Below are positions 49,701-56,183 of a stretch of DNA of 64,000 nucleotides, piece after piece. This DNA comes from a virus. The position numbers were made by a program, and so were the translations under genes. Position 1 is the first letter of the stretch; each line of letters starts with the position of its first letter. The notes below the pieces were generated by a model that searched no databases, was not told the origin of the DNA, and saw only the letters and a program-made list of their open reading frames with translations. The DNA lies in IMG/VR virus record IMGVR_UViG_3300005736_000002, positions 7,678 to 71,677 of that record. One strand, given 5' to 3'.

Positions 49701-51279
49701 CTCTCTGCAGCAGGCCGGTGTTGAGGGTGCGTACATGACTCGGCAGAAGGATATGCGTCAAGTACTTCAGGCGAAACAACCGATGATTCAGAATCTGATG
49801 AATCGCAGTGACTTTGATCCGGAGCAGGTTAAAACCAACCACTTAGTACCGGTTCTTAATGCCCGAGGTGATGTACATAACCTGCGTTACATGATGTCCG
49901 ATCAAGTGAAGGACTCTGTACTTAAACGCCACAACGATGTCGCTGAGATTATGGGTGCTCAAGCCGGTAACATTATCGATAAGGGGGCCACTAAGGACAG
50001 TAACGAGCGCACGATCGATGCCCTAAAAGAGATGTATGATCAGGACTTTTTGGATAACTCTGAAGCTTACATAAAAATAGGCCCAGACGCTAAAGATGAA
50101 CGCCTGAAAGAAGTTTGGGACATGCTGCCGGCAGAAGCAAAACAACGGATTGAAGAGGTCTGGGGTAACCAGCCTGGGCAGTCGGGTCTGTGGGTGCGTA
50201 ACGATATTCTGGACCTCGTGTTCGGTTACCGAAAAATGTCTCTGGCGAATGTATGGAACAAGGAATATAACGAGCGCAACATGGCAGAGAAAGCGTTCAC
50301 ATTTGCGGCTGAGTTGATGTTCAAAAAATCTAAATTTGGTGCAGCAACGGGTATTAAAGCAGGGGAGGATGCGGTTCAGGAATTGATTAAGGAAGTGAAG
50401 GATATACTGGTTATCAAGAACTTCTTTACCCTGGCGGGTAATATCATGAGTAACCTGGCCTTACTGTCTTGGAGTGGTGTTCCGATGAAAGAGATCGTGA
50501 AAAGCCATAAAGAGGCTTACGAAGGGGCTCTACGTTATCAGAAAGATCAGAAGGAGCTTTTCCAGACGCGACAAAAACTGAATCAAGGTTCAGTGAATAC
50601 GCAGGTGGAGAAGGAGTTGAAATCAACGATCGCACGTTTGGAACATCGTTTATCGAATAATCCAGTGGCTGAGTTGATTGAAGCGGGGGTTTTCCAGACG
50701 ATTATTGAAGATGTAGATCAACATGATGATCAGTTCAGCTTCAAGTCTCGATTGGGTGAGTTCTCAGAGTCGTACACCAATAAGGTGCCTGAATCTATTC
50801 GTAACTCATTTAAGTTCATGGTGCTCTCTCACGATACAGGTGCTTATAAGTTCCTGAACCAGACAACACAAATGTCTGACTTCGTGGCGAGATATACCAA
50901 GTACAAGTATCTGACTCAGCACCCGACTAAAGCGGTGTCTAAGGCAGAAGCGATTGAGACAATCATGGATGACTTCGTACATTACGACGTACCGACTTCC
51001 CGTACCATCCAGTATCTGAATGACATGGGTATCATGATGTTCTCGAAATACTATCTGAGAATGCAGCGCCCACTGTTAAGACTGTTCCGGGAAAACCCGG
51101 CTCGAGGTCTGTGGCTGCTGGCGATGCAGGGAATGGTGGACTTCAGTGCTCCGACCGATTCGGTGATCTGGACAAGAAGTTTCCTAGATTGGTTCTCAAA
51201 TCCAGTGTCTACCGTGTTCGGTGCACCGGATGAGATCATACCGATTAACGCGACACTTCACGCAACCGGTATCAAGTAA
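40717..51279 (+). CDS. virion-encapsidated RNA polymerase (N4 gp50-like)
   Basis: 3520 aa; EIDGVTNG, RGNSKDPLMTTVYGSG, NVHDG; no Cys seen; HEMFH motif in C-terminal part. Confidence 0.96.
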   Translation: MYDQNNPSPKENALKKAIDRNTQHINQVTNPTGFFDSELKRIQGSNRIAEESYQRNSQAWVNDTELGTIPGNLKQVAAVAVQGGLRIGNKLYAGVDDLQADINLAHTSEEARGIYQRIKGREQLTSAIGELRYMERNGHITRDQANQRLLQLQSELATLKEVSPEEEALLDQVATPENIYDQSTQRDHLDRFYKNLDEASYSRQVFEESTTGNIANPIRKSKPITELSELNEQNAPEWAAAIDELFDGDTGQGILDLAKAAGKSGKNIAQAAINNPLGTLDLLLEDLGPTAAATLLGGKKIGTLVNLLGSSGDALRAHNEGLRKFIEENNRLPTETEHLSMVASAVAYAGADFVADKIAVDKLIPKKTLDAAKAAVDKAGSTNKLTQAAKRVGGAGKDVAAATAAEFVAGGAQGLLEETTLKGNYDPSKIDSKAVLDNATTEALAGFGAGVTGTPLRLSGKIPARKNGENVPNNKENVVGGESDSTTEPDDTNTNEVSADATNSGSQTTNDDLRDKNKAQQVQERKQQEIAEQFKELDRYDDQLDQLESQGKTDTRRFKKLSEKRDVIESQILRNQETVRAALARIHSPKDTKELVQSINDAQEVSSEVEEKTNQVVQQARTAPDSLSVEDAQSLAKSKVMTDTQKEELQSFAIAKQAVEAATSTDPEDKLTTEKVQKEVLFGGKRTQRRGLKQFREEFIHAVRVGDADQAVLVRSSLARFVTTHGDKASELSDALQPYLASPNREGYTSTRFKLSRPRPDGSTDFRIDRGSKATVDAIQLEARALEAGLAEIDAIAKAEGIQLLGDPIPVRPPVRSVAVNPSAAKPQPTQEVTPDVEPEIDLQQELANLDAAQEFLAAEPPVSERSSETSEVTREVPQELQEEPERVEEVIEAAGEVEQASEPTERQNIRENIRKLEDRVQQRKRLIRSKASLTQAAKDYDTTVERVRDAMNASLLDDQSRLEAYRNQLDTLDGKREGYSLSEQLTTETAADVALEKRVQDSRTAPEAKAKKIHRTVNLVKKYFTAGRKSILNQVQNVEEALKADPEIVLGYVDQDVLSEKEKGIIGNFVQFSEYMAPVLARLHKKEIKYRFNDYINYLIDDETGDLDPNVITAINASIYSWVIKDAKGTYLNTPEAINSLLGRDSKTKVNRDEWNLLGDAGMSENQLVRTLGRDAVGMLGLRLPPDVPTNLKERLELSLGNHALAMLVAQDIVTLKQVPVRELSALSGKDVADEVDDIEAKLNESPDWEGAEEAAMEEKKVVYANFYRASFKTGPDGEPILAQGLESIVSRNRDSGSFFHRLVANNFASQRPSLRPVEEVGELMQGTDQKVPAEVREILKEHQSRAHSISPDTDKVFSFLTYDQMQEAVGVDPNYEETRHVENYEEVIGKNATLKREIDNYKSWKDELIARTGDPVHPFFMAHSAWKNLRIGMNGSVINPQASKVQRGLIRMNDWIQQIDKSNPRHVEQFRLGVAEALDLKVDKQEIHTSIEKLEAALADPKTGLRAAVDAIKAILGDQLGELSEEQIANYQQAITQASKNYEGTHTLHGLTNLAKFELAPEDGTFESDLAREIDGVTNGPIIGTVQFAAQRTFGRLRSMLERGGIFFGKERSLGKWFGGQNVDSYVALSQDWKEAVNRLKQNTHNPRDIARIDLISSYFEPDRGNSKDPLMTTVYGSGKRAQKAKLTQMFMASVYTKIEDVVNSDKSVSDKQDELNQIENDINTIAGAQVFNFSGTVESTLKAVADPKALKQLDAFVGRTYGDAVMDAIKAKYEGFQHNRTVFNNAMESITAIYKVMYTRAVEKRTQEMIASGDLVEGFETLPKTEIKKIKELLHKVMPIISTTFDADDPSTGIFVSNEERMTAYEAHSTVRSTFARGARLVYKDAKGKAIHSAGSLESHGTRSVISSPGVAPAIVGIHSIDASIALMTMRTKKVLNVHDGFGAGILSTLGVGKALNQNFTKMMTDYSLPAEAKKTMERVMSELDALPEEEKNSILSEAEDQIVDWMPEYLRDDYKDLPTGSIIIPRANAIYKSGQDIPNYIRKVFSKVTHVLQYNVEEGGYTTGNQGVDTPQEEIQPAQSQSRPNPIENFIRNSDDLTPRKLLDYLETNMNAEGTYPKAMKALIKRLKTAVPKDVQLKLYDNNSTDVVIDPTLPPEEQVNLLETGVRGLFDPNSNTIYLRSTDFKNHGMGIETVTHEMFHAVVSKTLQSKNKPTHVKQAVRDLNNLMDKTQQYIAANPGEFSNPAPFETIDEFVTWGMTNKDFQELLKKVQVERRTGQRVLNGFKTLVNNLQKILFGKSALGSSATMNTALYQLVENAGVILSEGAPTDTDQVYSVSPQRADDVDRMTSAQILSALGQIDERNPRSELHKDHLTDLQQRVVDSVAGPFNTRLDEAQKAVGDDTDQFIRNIAEETTPFTSELVMAFEMSHQEAYVAEQIEAVFGNSLDDQSDVTNELDRLWQVARKNLRPADFYGMAQDSEQAQWQYDLLFNTEIEDTNSYYSEEAGKVVQRKTSAYLQRFAALALTNEAFRNKLNALDANVPVETFGGKTFGQQLNLLLDRILQLLSRWTHPAERLKGDSVTARTDNLLNHLAQIELRQKQRVLRAQELREHPVNQKLNETLNGFKSKLDKLGRSERLQNSRIQTVGAVGTVISTIAGGRVEVMADTLKKVRDRMYGDRLGHLGELTNEVRGATPVTRKFFNLLRFAKRDIDQQRAQVTDWVKDLVKGNFIQELTKEESESLTKTVLRTDMAALLGKYTVNDLINFMQDGSKHLDTEIRDLRRQLSQYQHQHWYRNQSRALGYHMVKGRSTSAMLMLNAHNIAHMGGTNASVNTKEADAAMGLIDRLASLEAIKYTDQKAKNTAIEVFRREISTNDTENGVTNLMQQAKLLKEQALSDVFAGDLVQFQKGYTFDMTDPHQSVVMMTEAQANAEKLMEKGYTRYPNGVGKDPGDPDQDTVYIYHRRDGGNNAYLTGVISYTSKAMKGTSLSSSLQQAGVEGAYMTRQKDMRQVLQAKQPMIQNLMNRSDFDPEQVKTNHLVPVLNARGDVHNLRYMMSDQVKDSVLKRHNDVAEIMGAQAGNIIDKGATKDSNERTIDALKEMYDQDFLDNSEAYIKIGPDAKDERLKEVWDMLPAEAKQRIEEVWGNQPGQSGLWVRNDILDLVFGYRKMSLANVWNKEYNERNMAEKAFTFAAELMFKKSKFGAATGIKAGEDAVQELIKEVKDILVIKNFFTLAGNIMSNLALLSWSGVPMKEIVKSHKEAYEGALRYQKDQKELFQTRQKLNQGSVNTQVEKELKSTIARLEHRLSNNPVAELIEAGVFQTIIEDVDQHDDQFSFKSRLGEFSESYTNKVPESIRNSFKFMVLSHDTGAYKFLNQTTQMSDFVARYTKYKYLTQHPTKAVSKAEAIETIMDDFVHYDVPTSRTIQYLNDMGIMMFSKYYLRMQRPLLRLFRENPARGLWLLAMQGMVDFSAPTDSVIWTRSFLDWFSNPVSTVFGAPDEIIPINATLHATGIK

Positions 51280-51280
51280 A

Positions 51281-51311
51281 ACAAAAACCCCTCTTCGGAG
51301 GGGTTCTTTTT
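51281..51311. terminator. bidirectional terminator
   Basis: AAAAACCCCTC-TTCG-GAGGGGTTCTTTT between convergent blocks. Confidence 0.88.
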
Positions 51312-51621
51312 ACCATTCTTCAGGGAATTCCAAGGTATCTTTATCTACTTCTACAGCAGACTTATAAATACCTAGAGGCGCTTTAACTATCCCTTTCCCT
51401 TGTTTGAACTTACTCGGCTCAATGTAAGGTAGACCATCATCATAACCTAAGTTATCTTCATCTTGAGACACCATAATAGATACGGTGTAGGGTCGTTCAT
51501 CACAATTTACATTACCAATCGGGCGGCAAGAAGAAGTAAAGGTAACTCCTTCAATAGTTTTTCTTACCATTTCGTTGATAACTTCTTGAATGTCTACTTC
51601 TTGTAAAACAAAGTTGCTCAT
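51310..51621 (-). CDS. hypothetical protein
   Basis: Packed after thyA. Confidence 0.65.
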   Translation of the reverse strand: MSNFVLQEVDIQEVINEMVRKTIEGVTFTSSCRPIGNVNCDERPYTVSIMVSQDEDNLGYDDGLPYIEPSKFKQGKGIVKAPLGIYKSAVEVDKDTLEFPEEW

Positions 51622-51623
51622 AA

Positions 51624-52520
51624 TTACACCGCCATAGGGGGTCGTTCAGCTTTAAACGGTTCTTTATTTACCTCAAGGCCAGTGACGTTAATATCGTCCC
51701 AGGTGAGGTTCAGAATGTCGTCCAGGCTGTTCAGTTCAGGGAGTTCGATCTTACCAGGAACACCCAGCTTACGATCGATCATCTCTTCAGCGTATTCAAA
51801 CTGGTTCTGATAGATATGGATCTGAGTGAGGTCACACGACATCCAGCCCAATTCAAAGTCCAGTGCCTTCGCCATACACATCTGATACAGACGGTACTGC
51901 TGCGCGGCAAACTGGAAGCCGAAGATGGTGTCCAGAGAACGGTTGTTCACCTTCATGTGAAGGGTCGGTTTACCCGTTACCTTATCAGGCAGTACAACGA
52001 ACTGGTGAGAGTACCAGCACGGAGTTAGAGCCATGAAACGAGAGGCAGCAGGGTTCCAGAAAGTTGTCAGGTGACGACGACCGTAGGGATCATTCTTCAG
52101 ACCCTCAAAGGTTTCTCTGAGTTGGTCTACAACGTTACCCGGTGCGATCTGACGATTAAAGTTACGCCATTGCCAGCCATAAGCCTGCCCCATATCACCT
52201 TCGTCCAGGTGATCCAGACCGCGCTTATCGAGGAACTCACGAGTGGTGTTGCCTTGCCAGAAAAAGATACCTTTTTCTTCAAGCTCTTTGGTCTGAGTAC
52301 GTCCGTTCATCATCATCCAGAACTCCTCAAACGCCATACGCAAAGCGGCAGGACGGATGGTAGAGAACGGGAACTCACGAGGACTGTACACAACCTTGGC
52401 ATCAAACATGGCCCGTGAACCGACACCGGTTCGATCCGGAACATCGACACCTAGAAGGAGAATGTCTGAGGCCATCTGAACGTAGCCTTCTTCTCCTTTG
52501 TACACTGTACCGTTAAACAT
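51624..52520 (-). CDS. thyA: thymidylate synthase
   Basis: DRTGVG, YGWQWRNF, DPYGRR, MALTPC, RSLD, HIYQNQ. Confidence 0.92.
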   Translation of the reverse strand: MFNGTVYKGEEGYVQMASDILLLGVDVPDRTGVGSRAMFDAKVVYSPREFPFSTIRPAALRMAFEEFWMMMNGRTQTKELEEKGIFFWQGNTTREFLDKRGLDHLDEGDMGQAYGWQWRNFNRQIAPGNVVDQLRETFEGLKNDPYGRRHLTTFWNPAASRFMALTPCWYSHQFVVLPDKVTGKPTLHMKVNNRSLDTIFGFQFAAQQYRLYQMCMAKALDFELGWMSCDLTQIHIYQNQFEYAEEMIDRKLGVPGKIELPELNSLDDILNLTWDDINVTGLEVNKEPFKAERPPMAV

Positions 52521-52533
52521 ACTGTCTCCTAAA

Positions 52534-52590
52534 AATAGTGGTGCACTATCGACCTTGCCCGTCGAACTGTTGTCACGTTAGCCCCAAAGG
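52534..52590 (-). ncRNA. structured RNA in thyA leader
   Basis: TGCGCTATCG/CGATAGTGCA outer stem with nested GACCTT/AAGGTC; coordinates approximate (structure spans about 52545-52608). Confidence 0.35.
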
Positions 52591-52759
52591 TCTTAACGAT
52601 AGCGCATTTATGGGTGTCTCCTTCCAGACGGATATTTGAGTATTATTTGTGTTTACCTCAACATCCCCGTCTTCCCCAGTACTTCAGTATTGACTTCAAA
52701 TAGCACAACCTATTGTCCATCTACCTTTTCCTTTCGAGCGACGAAGCTTACAGACTCAG

Positions 52760-53227
52760 TTATAACCCCTTCATATAGCGTTGATTACGCTTCCGAAAAG
52801 GTGTCCAGCGAGGTTTTTTACCTGCCAGAATTCGTTTGGATTCAGCCTCTACCTTACGTTCATTTCGTATCTTTCTGAACTTGGTTATCGGACTGAATCC
52901 CCGTGATGTTCGATACCAGGTTATCCCTCTCTGTGGTTTCACATTATGGGGTTTACCTGAAGGTAATTTTTTGATCCCGTGAGAAGAACTTCCATAAAAA
53001 CTCTGCCAGGAATACGTTCGTTTCTCTTCCCAGGCATCAAGTACTTCAATGAGGGTTAGCCCTCTCCGTATGGCGTGATGTTGAGCCAATGCAATAATGC
53101 TACGGAACTTTTTATACAGCACCTCTTTACTGTCAAAGCTGTTACCACGACGGACAGTATCGATGTAAGAGGCCTTTAATGATTTGTAACCCTTAGATTG
53201 GGCTACTTGTTTCCAATCAATCTTCAT
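52760..53227 (-). CDS. basic hypothetical protein
   Basis: ORF with GAGAG RBS. Confidence 0.7.
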   Translation of the reverse strand: MKIDWKQVAQSKGYKSLKASYIDTVRRGNSFDSKEVLYKKFRSIIALAQHHAIRRGLTLIEVLDAWEEKRTYSWQSFYGSSSHGIKKLPSGKPHNVKPQRGITWYRTSRGFSPITKFRKIRNERKVEAESKRILAGKKPRWTPFRKRNQRYMKGL

Positions 53228-53259
53228 GGATCAGTCTCTCTAAGGGTTGGAATTGGGGT

Positions 53260-53435
53260 GAGAAACCCGGTTCGGTGATACACCTGAACACACTCAAGGG
53301 TAGCCACAGATGGGTTATCCACTTTATGTGAGTGCTGAGTTTCTCGAGCTGTCTTTCCAGCAGTCAAGGCTTGTAGCGACTCGTTTATCCAACTGGTGAG
53401 TCGTACCAGTCCGCGCCTAGTACCTGGGAGGTACT
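53260..53435 (-). ncRNA. unclassified structured RNA (hairpin, H-type pseudoknot, multi-branch domain)
   Basis: Several nested complementary segments in an ORF-free gap. Confidence 0.55.
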
Positions 53436-53448
53436 GTGGCTGGATTCG

Positions 53449-53919
53449 TTAGCTCAGACGAGGTTCATGCCAATTGGTGTTCTTCAAGAACTTACCTTTC
53501 GGATAGAACTTACCGTCCGTGCCTGTTTGATCCTGAGAGGACTTGATTGCCACTTCAGGGAAGTGACCTTCAGCGTATACCTGAATACCGATCTCATCCT
53601 CATAGAAGCCCAGAGTCTCTGTCACTTCGTCTGAGGTGGTACACAGCTTAGACATGTTACTGTCATGGACTGCTGCCATGTCTGCATCGGCATCGATACC
53701 CATAATGTGAGCCATACCGTAAGTGACTACCAGGATGTCAGAGACTGCATCACGCATCTCCTGCCAATCCTTTGTTTCAACACCTTCGGTCAACTCTACA
53801 GTTTCTTCCTGGATCAAATGCAACTGTTTACGGATGTGCTCCCAATTGGGTTTATTGGGATCACCTTGCTCATTACCGAAGACATCGTTCAGTTTTGAGA
53901 CATTCACAAAATTCGTCAT
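53449..53919 (-). CDS. MazG-like/PRA-PH family nucleotide pyrophosphohydrolase
   Basis: LIQEETVEL, DAVSDILVVTYG, VHDSNMSK, GKFLK. Confidence 0.88.
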   Translation of the reverse strand: MTNFVNVSKLNDVFGNEQGDPNKPNWEHIRKQLHLIQEETVELTEGVETKDWQEMRDAVSDILVVTYGMAHIMGIDADADMAAVHDSNMSKLCTTSDEVTETLGFYEDEIGIQVYAEGHFPEVAIKSSQDQTGTDGKFYPKGKFLKNTNWHEPRLS

Positions 53920-53946
53920 AGTACGTCCTGATTTGAGAAGTTGTAT

Positions 53947-54347
53947 GCACCCCTGTTTCAGTCAACAGGTAGGGGGCAACCCTGTTAATGGAGAACGCGA
54001 GCAACCCGTCCTCATGACCTCCGTACTTTTTGTAAACGTAAAGCTCACGTTTTATACACAACCTCTGCAAAGGTTGCGGATACCAAGGAAAGCATCACTA
54101 ATGAGATTACTGTGCGAGTACGGACGCGATCCACCAAGCGCAAAGCTAAGTAAACCCTGTTTCGTCCACAGGTAGGGTATACCTGCTATTCAGGCTGTGA
54201 GGAGCCTTGGACTATTTGCACAGCTAACTGATGGGCTATGGCTCCCATCGGATAGGAACCTACGGCTCTACTCTTGCTGGAGAACGGAACCTGTCATGGC
54301 TTCCGTAAGTCCCTATCCGATGGGAGTGGGGGAGGTTAATCCCCCGG
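53947..54347 (-). ncRNA. unclassified structured RNA region of about 400 nt (24-bp stem, two related pseudoknots)
   Basis: 24-bp inverted repeat with two G-U pairs on the - strand; repeated CCCTACCTGT...GAAACAGGG. Confidence 0.6.
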
Positions 54348-54355
54348 TGAGATCA

Positions 54356-54541
54356 TCAGCAGTCTGTCTTGTCTGATTTATTTCCAAACAATAAAGGCCA
54401 CACAACAACCAGTATCGTACCGGCGATCGCAGCATCAAACGCCATGGACATTAGACTGGATACGAAGTCCACTGCGACTACAGCAAATAACAGTAGTATG
54501 AATCCGATAATGCGTATTTTGTTGATGAACTCAGGTGCCAT
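54356..54541 (-). CDS. small 2-TM membrane protein (TerB-associated)
   Basis: Hydrophobic; coupled to TerB-like gene. Confidence 0.75.
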   Translation of the reverse strand: MAPEFINKIRIIGFILLLFAVVAVDFVSSLMSMAFDAAIAGTILVVVWPLLFGNKSDKTDC

Positions 54542-54993
54542 TAGTTAGCGTCCAGACCATAGTCAGCAAGACGGATACCCAGTTTAGAGCCGACTTCTTT
54601 TAAGATAGCCAGTTCTTCTGGTTCGATCTCACCGTCAGCTTCAGCAACGGTTAACATAGTGATGAAGACTTCTTCAGCTTCCTGTGGGGAAGTTTTGACA
54701 TCTTCGATTTCACGCATGATTTTCATCTTTCCGATACGGAAACCCGCATCCAGCATAGATTCGAATCGAGCCATCACTTTGTTGATTTCAGGGCCGAAGT
54801 GCTCCAGGGATGGGTTAGCTGCCAACAGCTTCTCCAGGCTGGTAATTTCTTCTGGCTCAATTTCACCATCAGCCGCAGCAATCAGCAGGGAACCTGCTAC
54901 TACTGCTTCCATCAGGTCACGGTTTTCCATTTTTTTCAGTTCTGCAGCAGCAGAACCTGCTTTCTTTCTAAATAGTTTGCCTAACATGGACAT
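54541..54993 (-). CDS. terB: TerB-family protein
   Basis: IAAADGEIEPEE and VAEADGEIEPEE duplicated motif. Confidence 0.88.
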   Translation of the reverse strand: MSMLGKLFRKKAGSAAAELKKMENRDLMEAVVAGSLLIAAADGEIEPEEITSLEKLLAANPSLEHFGPEINKVMARFESMLDAGFRIGKMKIMREIEDVKTSPQEAEEVFITMLTVAEADGEIEPEELAILKEVGSKLGIRLADYGLDAN

Positions 54994-55010
54994 TCTCTTA
55001 GTTGTACCGA

Positions 55011-55190
55011 CTATTGTCGGTGATCAGAATCGGGCGGGCCTGAATTGTATTCCCTCACCAGGGCATACAAGAGGAACACCCCCAGGACGACTGCACCTAC
55101 AATTGAGAAGAAATACGTGAGTCCGATGAGAACCATCACGACTAACATCAACCCAAGTGCTTGGAGCAAAAATTTGATTTTGCCTAGCAT
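55011..55190 (-). CDS. 59-aa membrane protein (not in ORF track)
   Basis: GGAGG RBS; MLGKIKFLLQALGLMLVVMVLIGLTYFFSIVGAVVLGVFLLYALV... Confidence 0.72.
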   Translation of the reverse strand: MLGKIKFLLQALGLMLVVMVLIGLTYFFSIVGAVVLGVFLLYALVREYNSGPPDSDHRQ

Positions 55191-55202
55191 AGCGACCTCC
55201 CG

Positions 55203-55676
55203 TTATGAGAAGAGGCTTTTACCTTTTGGCTTACTTTCTGTAGCCGCCATCACTTCAGGCGGTACTTCGGGTACTTCTTCTGCACCGTCAGGGTCTTCAG
55301 ATTCCGCTTCGACATCATTTTGTGCGAAGAGGCTGGGTTTAGGCTCGTTAACTGCCTCCTGTTCAGGTTCAGCGACAGCTTCTTCCTTTACTTCAGGCGC
55401 TTCGTTTTCGATCTCTTCTTCAGCGACTTCAGGTACCTCTTCAGTCTCTTGAATTTTTTTAGTTGGATCGACCGTGAGGGTGCCTTTTTCGAACTTAATG
55501 AAGTCCATCAAGTGATCTGTGATTGTACGACTGATGCGTTGTGCACCTTTGTCACGTAGGAAATCGGTGTACGCATCGATACGAGACTGGTCCTGGTGTA
55601 CTTCCAGGTACTCTTCAGCCGCTTCGAGTGTGTCGAAGATCTCTCGACCTACGACGTATTTCTGTTCAACTTTCAT
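55203..55676 (-). CDS. acidic-tailed hypothetical protein ending KSLFS
   Basis: TAAGGA RBS; E-rich tail. Confidence 0.8.
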   Translation of the reverse strand: MKVEQKYVVGREIFDTLEAAEEYLEVHQDQSRIDAYTDFLRDKGAQRISRTITDHLMDFIKFEKGTLTVDPTKKIQETEEVPEVAEEEIENEAPEVKEEAVAEPEQEAVNEPKPSLFAQNDVEAESEDPDGAEEVPEVPPEVMAATESKPKGKSLFS

Positions 55677-55686
55677 GGGAAATTCC

Positions 55687-56181
55687 TTACGGGTATTTCA
55701 GTAGGGCGTAGTGGGCAATCATCAATGCGTCACTGCGTCCATCCAGAAGACCCCCTTTCGGGCCTCGGATATTGACTTGAGGGTAGAGTCGCTCACATAT
55801 CTCAGCGACACCCTGTTTGATGGCTTTCTGTCTCGGTGCACCTTTGAGCTTACTGCTCACAGATAGGCCTATCTCTTTTTGCCATGCTTTAGGTCTGACT
55901 AAATCAACAGGGGAACCTGATACTCTAGCGAGGGTATTAACTACCCCTACGTTGTAGCCAAACTTAAAGTTGGAACCTGCAGAGGCACCTTGGATAGAAC
56001 TTACGTCCTCAACCATGACCATCCGTAGGGTGTATTCCTCTTGGATCTGTTTGAACCAAGCGGCAATATCAATAGGCTTATCTGTGGTGGGCATAAAAAT
56101 AGCTTTATGCTCACTCGGCAGTACCGCACAGATAGCCCCCTTATCTCCGGGATCTATCCCGACGTAGACAGAGGGCTTCAT
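55687..56181 (-). CDS. RuvC-like Holliday junction resolvase
   Basis: GIDPG, VEDV, FKFG, PKAWQK, DGRSDALMIAHY. Confidence 0.88.
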   Translation of the reverse strand: MKPSVYVGIDPGDKGAICAVLPSEHKAIFMPTTDKPIDIAAWFKQIQEEYTLRMVMVEDVSSIQGASAGSNFKFGYNVGVVNTLARVSGSPVDLVRPKAWQKEIGLSVSSKLKGAPRQKAIKQGVAEICERLYPQVNIRGPKGGLLDGRSDALMIAHYALLKYP

Positions 56182-56183
56182 CG

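Noticed and set aside
40717-51279. Absence of cysteine in the 3520-aa vRNAP
   Set aside because: Known property of N4-like vRNAPs; it supports the annotation but is not novel.
52640-52765. Possible short ORF interrupted by TAG upstream of thyA
   Set aside because: Too short, no clear start, and no other sign of stop-codon recoding.
53873-54175. ORFs 53873..54070 (-) and 53723..54175 (+)
   Set aside because: No clear RBS, they overlap the MazG-like gene, and the region is better explained as structured RNA.
53230-54350. tRNA or tmRNA genes
   Set aside because: No convincing T-arm plus acceptor stem/CCA found by eye; needs tRNAscan-SE or ARAGORN.
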